Below are positions 47,826-57,483 of a DNA stretch of 64,000 nt, piece by piece (position 1 is the first letter of the stretch; each line of letters starts with the position of its first letter). The stretch covers positions 1,320,140-1,384,139 of the forward strand of contig OZ219753.1 in assembly GCA_964291315.2 (NCBI GenBank). Reading direction: 5' to 3'. The position numbers were made by a program, and so were the translations under genes. The stretch is from Candidatus Poribacteria bacterium. GTDB lineage: Bacteria > Poribacteria > WGA-4E > WGA-3G. The notes beneath the pieces are model-generated. The model worked only from the letters and a program-made list of their open reading frames with translations, ran no database searches and was not told where the DNA came from.

Positions 47826-48542
47826 ATGAAAGAGTCGCGGAAAATGCGTTACAAAGCCGTTGTGTTCGATTTGTACGGGACACTGGTCGAAAATTTCAGT
47901 CGCCAAGTCTACGATCGCGTCCAAAAGCGGATGGCGAAAATTCTGGATGTACCCTATCCAAAATTCTGGCAAGTCATGGGAGAAACCTTCTATAACAGGG
48001 TATCGGGCAGCAACCGTTCACCCGAAGAGGAGATGCTGGAAGTCTGTCGACGCTTAGGTGTTAAAGCAGATAACGCACAAATCGCGAAGTGCCTCGGCTT
48101 GCGTTACGAGTTCACCCGAAATTCTGTCATCCCTGAAACCGAAGTTTTGGAAGCATTAAGCATGCTGAAACGCAACGGCTTCCATATAGGACTCGTCACT
48201 AACTGCAACCGTGATGTGCCACTACTCTTTCCTGACTCACCTTTAGCGTCCTACATTGATGCCCCCATTTTCTCTTGTGTGGAAGGGGTTAACAAGCCTG
48301 ATCATCGCATCTATGAGATAGTATGTGAGCACCTGAAAATTCAACCCCAGGAATCTATTTACGTTGGAGACGGGAGCAGTGAAGAATTGACGGGCGCGGC
48401 CGCGATCGGCATGTTACCGATACTAAAGTGGCCCGATTTAACAGATGTCTACGACCGACACCGACCCGAGTTAGAAAACTGGCAAGGTATTACCATTAAC
48501 GACATTGCCGAGCTGCCAAACCTTCTTTCCGAGCTGACTTAG
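47826..48542 (+). CDS. HAD-superfamily hydrolase
   Basis: Motif I is VVFDLYGTLV, motif II is GLVTNC, and motif IV is YVGDGSSEEL. The start is ambiguous between 47799, 47826 and 47844. Confidence 0.7.
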   Translation: MKESRKMRYKAVVFDLYGTLVENFSRQVYDRVQKRMAKILDVPYPKFWQVMGETFYNRVSGSNRSPEEEMLEVCRRLGVKADNAQIAKCLGLRYEFTRNSVIPETEVLEALSMLKRNGFHIGLVTNCNRDVPLLFPDSPLASYIDAPIFSCVEGVNKPDHRIYEIVCEHLKIQPQESIYVGDGSSEELTGAAAIGMLPILKWPDLTDVYDRHRPELENWQGITINDIAELPNLLSELT

Positions 48543-48699
48543 GGAGACAGGGAGGCAAGCCCTAAAATCACGGGGCTTAATTCACAGAAAAAGTCTCTAG
48601 GAGTCAGTAGATTTGATACACTTTTCAGATAATATTTGACCGCATAGAGATATAAGAACGGACCGATAGCCGCTAATAGACTGTGCTGATAAACCATAT

Positions 48700-49416
48700 T
48701 CAAAGCACATCTGATAGCCGCACAAACCGGTACCCGTCTCGCTTTAGCGCTGTAATGATCAACGCTGTCGCTTTAACAGTTCCTGAACGGTTTGCGTTCG
48801 GATTTTCTGCTTTTCCATCGTGTAGGACGACGATTGAACCTGCACCTTTGGATAATCTTACCTTCCGCAGGACGGCTCCTGCAATTTTATTAGCGTTTTG
48901 TGTCATCCAATCCCAACCCCACGCATTGCAGCTGATATGGGTCCGGTTGCCTTTTGCAAGTACCCATGCGACTGGCAGGAATCTTGTTAACAACGGGGCT
49001 CGAATCAGGAGCTCACCTGTAACCCCGGCTTGACGAATCAGCTTATCTGTGCGTTCGATTTCTCGCTGAATATAGGCAGGCGGGCAGAAACCGAGTACAG
49101 GATGGCTGTAGGAGTGATTTCCAATTTGGTGCCCCTCAGCGATCACGCGCTGCACTGTTTCAGGATGTTTCTCAATCCGATTGCCGATCATAAAGAAGGT
49201 AGCTTTGACATCATGCTTGCTGAGGATGTCAAGAATCTGATCCGTATACGGAGGTTTCGGTCCATCATCGAAGGTGAGTGCAACCACACGATCGCCCGTA
49301 TTCAAACGAACGATATTTTTTCCGAAAGGAGGTTTAAAAAAAATCCACGACACGCCTAGTGTCGCAAGCCCTGACACAGCTGCAATTATTGATCTCATGA
49401 GGTTCTCCTTATTCAA
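48700..49416 (-). CDS. polysaccharide deacetylase (NodB homology domain)
   Basis: 238 aa with an N-terminal TM/signal segment. Blocks read: VALTFDDGP, IGNHSYSHP, LHD. Confidence 0.8.
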   Translation of the reverse strand: MNKENLMRSIIAAVSGLATLGVSWIFFKPPFGKNIVRLNTGDRVVALTFDDGPKPPYTDQILDILSKHDVKATFFMIGNRIEKHPETVQRVIAEGHQIGNHSYSHPVLGFCPPAYIQREIERTDKLIRQAGVTGELLIRAPLLTRFLPVAWVLAKGNRTHISCNAWGWDWMTQNANKIAGAVLRKVRLSKGAGSIVVLHDGKAENPNANRSGTVKATALIITALKRDGYRFVRLSDVL

Positions 49417-49550
49417 CTAATTTTTCTTGATGGTTTTTGCTAAACTTGCTATTATTAAGTAGTTATAGCACAAAATGGTTTGGAGTTTCCTCAATAACCC
49501 GCAAACACGGAAATGTCTAGGTGATTTTGTTACCCAATTTTGGAGTTTTT

Positions 49551-50654
49551 GTGAAAATTCGCTGTATTAACGCTTATCAAGTCGATCTCCCGCTCCATGA
49601 GGGCAGTTATAATTGGTCTGGCGGAAAATCTGTATCCGTCTTCGACAGCACTATTGTCTCAATAGAGACAGACGAAGGCATTACTGGTTACGGTGAGGTC
49701 TGCCCACTGGGCCCCTTCTATCTCCCTGCTTATGCAGCGGGGACCCGCACCGGCATTGCTGAACTTGCCCCGCATCTTATCGGTGAAGATCCTACACGAT
49801 TGCTTCCGATCAATCAACGCATGGATGCTGCACTCAAGGGGCACCCGTATGTAAAATCCGCAATCGACATCGCCTGTTGGGATATTCTCGGTAAAATCGG
49901 AGACCAACCTGTTTGCACCCTCCTCGGCGGCAGGTATGGCTCGGACTTCATGCTCTATCGCGCGATTTCGCAACAATCTCCGCATGAGATGGCGGCAAAG
50001 ATCGCAACCTACCGCCAAGAAGGATACCGCAAATTCCAGTTGAAAGTCGGTGGTGACCCAAATACCGATATTCAACGCATCCAAGCGGCTGCCGAACTAA
50101 TGCAACCCGGAGATGTGCTGATCGCTGATGCGAATACCGGTTGGTTAATGCACCAAGCCGCCCGCGTTGTTCGAGGCGTGCGCGATGTGGATGTCTACAT
50201 TGAGCAGCCCTGCCTTTCCTATGAAGAATGCCTCGCAATCCGGCACCGCATAGACCATCCTTTCGTTCTCGACGAAACGATTGATAGCATCCAAGCCCTC
50301 TTACGGGCTCATGCTGATCGCGCCATGGATGTCGTCAATATTAAAATAAGCAAATTCGGCGGACTGACTAAAGCGAAACTCGCTAGAGACCTGTGCATTG
50401 AACTCGGAATTGCGATGACGATTGAGGATAGCTGGGGCGGGGACATTACAACCGCCGCGATCGCCCATCTCGCCCACAGTACCCCACCAACGTTCCTTTT
50501 CACAGCAACCGATTTCAACAGTTACGTCACCGTCAGCACCGCAGCGGGCGCACCGCAGCGTATAAAAGGTAGAATGGCAGCCTCAACGCAACCCGGTTTA
50601 GGTATCACCCCGGATATGGAGATGTTAGGCGAACCGGTCCTCCGTGTGGAGTAA
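49551..50654 (+). CDS. mandelate racemase/muconate lactonizing enzyme family protein (enolase superfamily)
   Basis: GTG start with GGAG 6 nt upstream. It has KFQLKVGG and metal-ligand blocks ([22 protein letters not shown]). Confidence 0.75.
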   Translation: MKIRCINAYQVDLPLHEGSYNWSGGKSVSVFDSTIVSIETDEGITGYGEVCPLGPFYLPAYAAGTRTGIAELAPHLIGEDPTRLLPINQRMDAALKGHPYVKSAIDIACWDILGKIGDQPVCTLLGGRYGSDFMLYRAISQQSPHEMAAKIATYRQEGYRKFQLKVGGDPNTDIQRIQAAAELMQPGDVLIADANTGWLMHQAARVVRGVRDVDVYIEQPCLSYEECLAIRHRIDHPFVLDETIDSIQALLRAHADRAMDVVNIKISKFGGLTKAKLARDLCIELGIAMTIEDSWGGDITTAAIAHLAHSTPPTFLFTATDFNSYVTVSTAAGAPQRIKGRMAASTQPGLGITPDMEMLGEPVLRVE

Positions 50655-50658
50655 TCGT

Positions 50659-51624
50659 ATGCGTATCAGAATTCTCTCTGCCTCCGATGTTCGAGCAGCT
50701 CTACCCATGCCTAAAGCCATCGAGGCAATGCGGCACGCTTACAGTCAACTGTCAGCAGGCAAAGCGACCGTACCACCGCGCCAACATATTTCTGCTGCTC
50801 AAGGGGTTACCCTCATAATGCCAGCACACCTGCCGCAACGCAGCGAGTTTGGGATCAAAGTGGTCTCAGTTTATGACAACAACCCCAAACTCAACTTACC
50901 GCGCATCACTGGCACAGTTTTGATCATCGATCCTGCCACGGGAACCCCAAAAGCGTTCATGGACGGCGCGAGTCTCACTGCCATCCGGACCGGAGCAGGG
51001 GGCGGCGTGGCAGCAGACCTACTTGCCCAAAAACACACAGAAACCGTCGGACTATTCGGGGCAGGTGTACAAGCAAGATCACAGCTCCAAGCAGTGATGG
51101 CCGTCAGAACCATCAAACGCGTGAACCTCATCAGTCGCACAAAAACCTCCGCACAACAATTCGCCACCGAAATTTCGGGATGGTCAGATGCCCCCGAAGT
51201 CAAACTTGCACACACACCACAACAGGTTGTAGAAGATGCTGATATTGTGCTATGCGCAACGACAGCAGCAACCCCGCTTTTTGACGGAAACGCACTGCAA
51301 ACCGGAACACACGTCACAGCAGTTGGTACGTTCGTGCCTGAAAAACGAGAGGTTGACACGGCAACCATAAGACGCGCCGATCGGGTCGTAGTGGATTCTC
51401 GGACAGACTGCTTAGCCGAGGCAGGCGAACTAATTATTTCCAACGCTAAAATTGACGCTGAAATCGGTGAAATCCTCAACGGGGACAAGCCCGGACGTCA
51501 AGCGGCTAGCGACATCACGTTTTTCAAATCGGTGGGCGTAGCGGCACAAGACGCAGTCGCAGGCGCAGCAGCACTCGCAGCAGCAGAAGCACAAGGGTTA
51601 GGCACCCTCGTTGAAATGTGCTAA
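50659..51624 (+). CDS. ornithine cyclodeaminase/mu-crystallin family protein
   Basis: The ATG is preceded by GTGGAG. Blocks read: ILSASDVRAALPM..AIEAM..A and the Rossmann motif VGLFGAGVQARSQLQA. Confidence 0.75.
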   Translation: MRIRILSASDVRAALPMPKAIEAMRHAYSQLSAGKATVPPRQHISAAQGVTLIMPAHLPQRSEFGIKVVSVYDNNPKLNLPRITGTVLIIDPATGTPKAFMDGASLTAIRTGAGGGVAADLLAQKHTETVGLFGAGVQARSQLQAVMAVRTIKRVNLISRTKTSAQQFATEISGWSDAPEVKLAHTPQQVVEDADIVLCATTAATPLFDGNALQTGTHVTAVGTFVPEKREVDTATIRRADRVVVDSRTDCLAEAGELIISNAKIDAEIGEILNGDKPGRQAASDITFFKSVGVAAQDAVAGAAALAAAEAQGLGTLVEMC

Positions 51625-51686
51625 TCACTATGAGTTTCAGGAGTCAGCTAGCATCTTGTAGCAGCGCGCACCCCTTGAACACCCCC

Positions 51687-52427
51687 TTAACGAGTAACTG
51701 AGGTCTGATCCCTTCTAAGACTGACATCCATTTTGCGTGCCTCCGGTAGATTCCACCACGGGATATACGGATATTCATGATGTTCCCAATGATAACCGAA
51801 GTGATAACAGGTGACAAACGACCAAAATGGCGAATACGCATTGCTCTGGGCCCGGTGTGGATTATCGTAGCCATCCCTCGGCATGCGATGCGGCAGATAC
51901 GTTCCAAAATAAAACAGCTGCAGAGTGCTAAGCAGGGCTGGAGACACCCAGAAGAGTATCAGATTCAGCCTCGGGATTCCTAGCACATGTTCCATGATTT
52001 GAAAAACAAGCGCCATACCCGCGATCTGTTTCCATCTGAGGTATTCCTTCATAAAATGAAGATACCACCTCACGAAGCCGCTATGTTCTCCATCATGAAA
52101 ATCTGGGTCAGTCCGGCTTGCGGGTTTTCGGTGGTGTTCCCAATGTTTTTCCAATAATATGCTATATGAAAATAGGGCATATAACCCGACAGCGATTGCC
52201 CCAATCGTATTGTTGACACGAGGATGTGTATTACAAACCGAACCGTGCATCGCATCGTGCGCAGTGATAAACACTCCTGTGTAGAGAAACGTCTGACAAA
52301 GGACCCCCAAAGGTATCAGCACAATGTTCTTCCGGGCAACGTCGAGGGTGAGTAACATCGACAGACTCACGCCCCACAGACCGATGATTGTTAGCGCGAT
52401 GAATAAACCTATGTTTGTTCGTTTCAT
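51687..52427 (-). CDS. crtW: beta-carotene ketolase (CrtW-type, fatty-acid-desaturase fold)
   Basis: The start was set at MKRTNIG, which overlaps the upstream stop as ATGA. The His boxes are HDAMHGS, HWEHHRKP and HWEHHEYP. FGTYLPHR...H.AQS......F.TCYHFGYH is collinear with CrtW. Confidence 0.75.
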   Translation of the reverse strand: MKRTNIGLFIALTIIGLWGVSLSMLLTLDVARKNIVLIPLGVLCQTFLYTGVFITAHDAMHGSVCNTHPRVNNTIGAIAVGLYALFSYSILLEKHWEHHRKPASRTDPDFHDGEHSGFVRWYLHFMKEYLRWKQIAGMALVFQIMEHVLGIPRLNLILFWVSPALLSTLQLFYFGTYLPHRMPRDGYDNPHRAQSNAYSPFWSFVTCYHFGYHWEHHEYPYIPWWNLPEARKMDVSLRRDQTSVTR

Positions 52428-53086
52428 AAGCTTTTCAAGTCCACCAGTCCAAAATAAATGAGCTGCGCAAGATAGAAGTGAAACGCGATACGAGGCAGCG
52501 GGGGCTGAGAAAACAAGCCCATTCTTATACCTAGCATCGTAAAAATAAAACTCAATCCGAACCACGCCAGATAGTTCTGCAAAGGAATACGGTTGTCCAC
52601 CCATGTCCAATAGTCTAATTTGCCTGCTGCGGGTTCTAAAAACAGATCAAAACAGACCATTAACAGCGCCGTCCAGAGCGCCAACCTGATACTGTTTTCA
52701 ACCACGGATTTCGGGCCGAACCGTTGGACGACAGCGGCTGAGGAGATGAGCATTACAAACCATGCAGCGCCAATACATGCGGGTACACCATCAATCAACG
52801 GTCGCAGTGTCTGGCCATATGTATACGCCCCGAAAATTTTCCCCGTTCGAACACCGAGCCATTCCACTCCGAAGCTGCACACCACAACGATCGCACTCCA
52901 AAAGACCAGTTTCTGCTTTTTCCGTTGTGGGGATATCCGCCAGCACTCCCAAAACAGCCAGACCCCTAAGCCGAAAACCATCGACGAGTTGAGGATCCGC
53001 ATGATGCCTTGGAAAACGTCGAGCATGTGCCACAATCCGCCCGCCCCTAGAAGTAGATAAAGCCCGCCTATTTTTAGCTTGTTCAC
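52424..53086 (-). CDS. carotenoid biosynthesis membrane protein (CruF-like carotenoid 1',2'-hydratase family)
   Basis: 220 aa with about 7 TM helices. It sits between crtW and a GT2 inside the carotenoid operon. The assignment rests on context and a general resemblance to the PF04240 family, and is not verified. Confidence 0.45.
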   Translation of the reverse strand: MNKLKIGGLYLLLGAGGLWHMLDVFQGIMRILNSSMVFGLGVWLFWECWRISPQRKKQKLVFWSAIVVVCSFGVEWLGVRTGKIFGAYTYGQTLRPLIDGVPACIGAAWFVMLISSAAVVQRFGPKSVVENSIRLALWTALLMVCFDLFLEPAAGKLDYWTWVDNRIPLQNYLAWFGLSFIFTMLGIRMGLFSQPPLPRIAFHFYLAQLIYFGLVDLKSL

Positions 53087-54208
53087 TTATCCGTTCACCT
53101 GTCTATTAATCTGCCGTCCTTTCCACTGTAAACGGCCGCGTTTGAACTGACAGAATGAATTGATACCAATCAGCAGAGTAGTCAAAATGCCAAGTGGGTG
53201 CAAAACAACACTTGTAAAGAACGGATGTCTGTATTTCAATGCCAGTACAGCGCGTATAACAGTGTTCATAGAGATTGCAGCGAGCGAGAGGGGTCTAAGC
53301 GATGCAGAACAGACCGTGATATACGGTAAAACGCAGATTGTGAACAGCACCAGCGTTAAAATAAAAAACGGGACTGTTTTGTAACGCACTAGCCCAAAAA
53401 GATTTTTGGAAAATCCGCTCCACACTTCACTGAACGAATGGTACATCCTACAACGTACTAAGCGCGTGCCAGCCAAGGTCAAGATTTTGATGCCCCTCTT
53501 TTTTGCCAAGCGACTTAATTCAACGTCTTCAACAATTTGATTCGAGACTGCCTGGTGTCCACCGACCTGTCGGTATGCCTCGCGGGTAAACGCGATCCAT
53601 AGACCGCTCGCCGCTGCGAGCGAGGGGAAACGACTAAAATATGTTAACCATAACGGTAGCCCAGCATAAACGAACATATCAATCACCGGTACCACGAGTT
53701 TTTCTGCGAATGTTCCTGTCACCTTCTCTGGAAACGCTGACAATAATCCAAGTTCAAACTTTTCCATGTAGGCAACAGTATTAGCAATCGCGTCCGGTGC
53801 GGGACGGTTATCGGCATCGGTGAAAATAAGTATGTCGCCGCTGGCATGTTGGCTCAATTGATGGCACGCCCAATTTTTCCCCAACCAGCCTGAAGGTAAC
53901 GATTCGCCCCGAATTGCTTGAACCTTCGGATACCGTTTCGCAAATTTTTCAATGATAGATCCAGTGAGATCCATCGATTGGTCGTCAAGAACGTGAATCT
54001 CAAAATTGTCATACTTCTGGGCCAAGAACCCTTGGATACAACTGCCTATATTGGATTCCTCGTTGCGAGCGGGAATCAGCACCGAGACGCACGGACAGTT
54101 TCGGCAATCATCTGCGTTTTTGAGCATCGGTGCAGTTAACGCATTAAACAACGTGACCGTCAAGGCAACTGTCAATATCCCGGTAGCGATAAACATCAGT
54201 ACAAACAA
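53087..54208 (-). CDS. family-2 glycosyltransferase (CruC-like carotenoid glycosyltransferase candidate)
   Basis: 373 aa. It has the GT2 core (VSVLIPARNEE...HVLDDQS...FTDADN) with flanking TM helices. Confidence 0.6.
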   Translation of the reverse strand: MFVLMFIATGILTVALTVTLFNALTAPMLKNADDCRNCPCVSVLIPARNEESNIGSCIQGFLAQKYDNFEIHVLDDQSMDLTGSIIEKFAKRYPKVQAIRGESLPSGWLGKNWACHQLSQHASGDILIFTDADNRPAPDAIANTVAYMEKFELGLLSAFPEKVTGTFAEKLVVPVIDMFVYAGLPLWLTYFSRFPSLAAASGLWIAFTREAYRQVGGHQAVSNQIVEDVELSRLAKKRGIKILTLAGTRLVRCRMYHSFSEVWSGFSKNLFGLVRYKTVPFFILTLVLFTICVLPYITVCSASLRPLSLAAISMNTVIRAVLALKYRHPFFTSVVLHPLGILTTLLIGINSFCQFKRGRLQWKGRQINRQVNG

Positions 54209-54238
54209 TACTATTACCCTACCTTTAATCGCTAATCA

Positions 54239-54895
54239 TTAAAGCAAATTTCGCCCCGCCTCTTGACCAAGGATTCGCACTGCCAAATCCTCCAACAAAA
54301 CGTTCTCGGTCTTTTCCAGCCAATCCATGCCGTAAAATGTGTCTGGATCGCACGAATAAACATCCCCAAACAAAAAAAACACCTTCGGACGTTTCTCACC
54401 GAGAAACTCGGTGCGGATACCTAGCGGAAGAACGGCTATTTGTTTTCCATACGCCCGTAAAATCCGTTCAATGCCGCGCTTATAGCCGAGGGGACGGGTG
54501 TGCCACGGCAGCAGTTCACCCTGAGGAAAGATGGAGACCAGCGGTGTTCCTTGATTCAATACCTCAACAGTGTATTCTAGCGACTCAACAATACCTTGCC
54601 GATGTTTCGGTTCTATGGAATAAGCCCCAAGCTTCGCAAAGAACTTGTATTTGGATAACTGCTCCTCAAGCATCATCAAATAGGCAGTTCGCTGGAAAAT
54701 TCGTTTATTGAGCAGATAAACGAAGAATCCATCCCACCAGGTACTGTGATTCGGAAGCAACAGCACGGGTAAATGAGACGGAATTTCCGGCAGCGCCCCC
54801 AAAACCTGAATCGTGTGAAAATGCCGCCTGAATAACCATGTGAGATACGGCTGGAAAATGAAGTCTGCCCAAAGCCGATGCTGTGCACGAATCAT
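54239..54895 (-). CDS. PlsC-family acyltransferase (CruD-like carotenoid glycoside acyltransferase candidate)
   Basis: 218 aa. It has the HxxxxD acyltransferase motif (NHSTWWDG) and an FPQGEL block. Confidence 0.55.
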   Translation of the reverse strand: MIRAQHRLWADFIFQPYLTWLFRRHFHTIQVLGALPEIPSHLPVLLLPNHSTWWDGFFVYLLNKRIFQRTAYLMMLEEQLSKYKFFAKLGAYSIEPKHRQGIVESLEYTVEVLNQGTPLVSIFPQGELLPWHTRPLGYKRGIERILRAYGKQIAVLPLGIRTEFLGEKRPKVFFLFGDVYSCDPDTFYGMDWLEKTENVLLEDLAVRILGQEAGRNLL

Positions 54896-55818
54896 TTATG
54901 TATCACAGAGTGTGCTGGACATAGTTTCTCTTGTGCTGATAGGAATTTCGATCGTAACCCCTCATGTACGAGAACCCCTACTTTCTGGAACGTCGGCACA
55001 AAAACCCGCCCCAAGAATGGATTGTAATTTTGGGATTCGATCCTTCTTAAGATACCCCGGTATATTTTAGCAGCCGAATAAATTGCATACTGGGATTCCG
55101 TATTGAGCAAGGAAATCCCTGGGAGCGCACCGGTGTAGTAAGCGTCTGCACGTTCAACTTGGAACTTGATGAGTGCTTTTAACCGAGGAGTCATTTTCTC
55201 TTGCAAGATATCTTCTTCAGAGACACCGAAGCGCACCAAATCTGCCTGCGGCAAATAGATACGGCCCAACTCTTTGTCTTCCTTGACATCCCGCAGAATG
55301 TTCGTCAGTTGCATAGCAGTGCCAAGGCGCTTAGCATAGTCGAAGACTCGCTTGTCTTTATAACCGAGAACGTGAGTCATCATCAGTCCAACGACGGACG
55401 CAACTCGATAGCAGAAGAGAGAGAGCTCATCAAACGTTTTGTATCGTGCCTGTTGCACATCCATAGCAACCCCTTTGAGCAGGTCAAGAGGATAGGCAAT
55501 CGGAATTGCATAAGATTTAGCAACAAGTATGAAGGCGCGAATGACAGGGTGTTCAGATTCACCCGTATTGTAGGCAATCCGTAATTCTTCCGCTAACCAT
55601 CTGATCTCTCTGAGAATCTCCGCCTCCGTTCGTTGCCGTGGCGTATCAATCAAATTGTCACAATGCCGACAGAAGCCATACAACGCGTATGTTGCCCAAC
55701 GACGCTTGCTGGGCAACACCCGAGTGGAGAAGTAAAAACTTTTTGAATAATAGGCAGTTATCCTGCGTGCATGTTCAAAAGCTGCACGATTCTCTGCTGC
55801 TGGTTTCCACAATTTCAT
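54892..55818 (-). CDS. crtB: phytoene synthase
   Basis: 308 aa. Blocks read: YGFCRHCDNLIDT and GTAMQLTNILRDVKEDKELGRIYLP, which are the squalene/phytoene synthase signatures. Confidence 0.88.
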   Translation of the reverse strand: MKLWKPAAENRAAFEHARRITAYYSKSFYFSTRVLPSKRRWATYALYGFCRHCDNLIDTPRQRTEAEILREIRWLAEELRIAYNTGESEHPVIRAFILVAKSYAIPIAYPLDLLKGVAMDVQQARYKTFDELSLFCYRVASVVGLMMTHVLGYKDKRVFDYAKRLGTAMQLTNILRDVKEDKELGRIYLPQADLVRFGVSEEDILQEKMTPRLKALIKFQVERADAYYTGALPGISLLNTESQYAIYSAAKIYRGILRRIESQNYNPFLGRVFVPTFQKVGVLVHEGLRSKFLSAQEKLCPAHSVIHK

Positions 55819-55860
55819 GATACTTCCTCCTCTCCCGATTAATGGTTGAGAACACTAAAA

Positions 55861-57342
55861 TTATGCTATCAGATCCTCAACAACCAATTTCACCGTCGTT
55901 TCCGCCGTCAGCAGGACCCCGGGAACGCCAGCACCCGGATGCGTACTCGCCCCGACGAAATAGAGGTTTTGTATATCTTCACTCCGGTTATGCGGTCGAA
56001 AATATGCTGTTTGTGTTAATTTCGGTTCAACCCCCCATGCACTGCCGAGATAGCTGTTCCGTTTTTCCTTGAAATCTGAAGGTGTGAACGTTTCGAGCAC
56101 CTCAATAGCATCTCTTAAGGCTGTCAGTCCGAAGTCCTTCTCCAAAAAAGTTAATACGGAATCCGTATATCTCTCTGTTGTCTTCTCCCAGTTAATACCG
56201 CTTGCCAAATTCGGCACAGGGATCAGTATGTACATACTCTCACACCCCTCAGGTGCCATAGACGGGTCGGTTTGCGACGGAATATGCAAATACATTGAAA
56301 AATCGTCAGAAAGAACTTTATTGTCAAAAATGTCAGCTACCAATCCCCTATATCTCTCGGAAAGAACAAGCGTATGATGCTTCAAGTGCGGGTACCTGTT
56401 TTTCACGCCCAGATAGAGTAAGAAAGCACTCATTGAATATTGGGTTTTCTTGAGTTTTCCATCCGACCATTTCTTTCGATGCTCCGCGTTAATAAGTCTT
56501 CCATAAGTGTGTAGCAGATCAGCATTGGAAATAACCCCGTCAGCTTCGTAAAATTGGTCTTTTACCAGCACACCTTTCGCTCTGCGATCTTCAACGACAA
56601 TCTGTTCGACTTCTGCCCCAGTTTCAATAACACCACCGAGTTTCTTAAAGACCTCTTCCAATGCAAGAACGAGATTATACATACCGCCTTTGCAAAACCA
56701 GACACCGCCGGTTTTTTCAAGATACGGAATCATTAGGTAAACTGCTGGCGCACGGAACGGATTACCACCTATGAATAGCGGATGAAATGAGAAAATGAAA
56801 CGGTGCCGCGGGTCCTTGAAATATTTTTTAACGACATCATAAGCCGGAGTCAGTGCCTGAAGACGTAACGCACGCGGTAGAAAACTGAGCAGTGTCTGCA
56901 AGTTAAACGGCGTAGAACCGAGCCCGTCCGTGATGACAGCATCGTAAAGTCGACCGGTATGCTCCATGAAACGATCATAGTTGTTAGCGTCTTTCTTGTT
57001 GAAACCTGCCATCTGCCGTTTCATCTGTTCACCATCGTCCGTATAGTCAAACGATGAACCGTCATGAAAATATATACTATAGAACGGATCCAGTTTTACT
57101 AGCTCAAGGTAATCTTCCATCTGAACCCCCGCACAAGCAAATACCCGTTGAATGAGATCAGGGGCGGTGATAATCGAAGGCCCCATGTCGAAAGTGTAAC
57201 CTTCCTTAACCAGCTGATAAGCGTGTCCACCGACTTTCTCGTTCTTTTCGAGAATCGTGACCTGCATACCTTTCGCTTGGAGTCGAATCGCTGCCGCGAG
57301 CCCGCCAAACCCTGAGCCGATGATAACGATTTTCCGTTTCAT
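55861..57342 (-). CDS. crtI: phytoene desaturase (bacterial CrtI type)
   Basis: 493 aa. The FAD motif is IVIIGSGFGGLAAAIRL. FDMGPSIIT is present. The C-terminal block is YFVGASTHPGAGVPGVL. Confidence 0.88.
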   Translation of the reverse strand: MKRKIVIIGSGFGGLAAAIRLQAKGMQVTILEKNEKVGGHAYQLVKEGYTFDMGPSIITAPDLIQRVFACAGVQMEDYLELVKLDPFYSIYFHDGSSFDYTDDGEQMKRQMAGFNKKDANNYDRFMEHTGRLYDAVITDGLGSTPFNLQTLLSFLPRALRLQALTPAYDVVKKYFKDPRHRFIFSFHPLFIGGNPFRAPAVYLMIPYLEKTGGVWFCKGGMYNLVLALEEVFKKLGGVIETGAEVEQIVVEDRRAKGVLVKDQFYEADGVISNADLLHTYGRLINAEHRKKWSDGKLKKTQYSMSAFLLYLGVKNRYPHLKHHTLVLSERYRGLVADIFDNKVLSDDFSMYLHIPSQTDPSMAPEGCESMYILIPVPNLASGINWEKTTERYTDSVLTFLEKDFGLTALRDAIEVLETFTPSDFKEKRNSYLGSAWGVEPKLTQTAYFRPHNRSEDIQNLYFVGASTHPGAGVPGVLLTAETTVKLVVEDLIA

Positions 57343-57483
57343 GTTTTCTAACCCCGTTCAATCGAAACATGCGATGTTTGATACTGCCGAGTGGACATCG
57401 CTCCGCGCCCGGCCTTCTCCGCAATTCTTCCAGACACGGGGTGTTTGTTCCCTTTAACTGTGATCAAACCCGTTAGGTGCCCC

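Noticed and set aside
51687-52610. The full 307-aa ORF as the crtW coding region
   Set aside because: The first 61 codons overlap the upstream cruF-like gene in another frame and are not CrtW-like. The ATG at 52427 forms an ATGA overlap with that gene's stop and gives a normal CrtW length.
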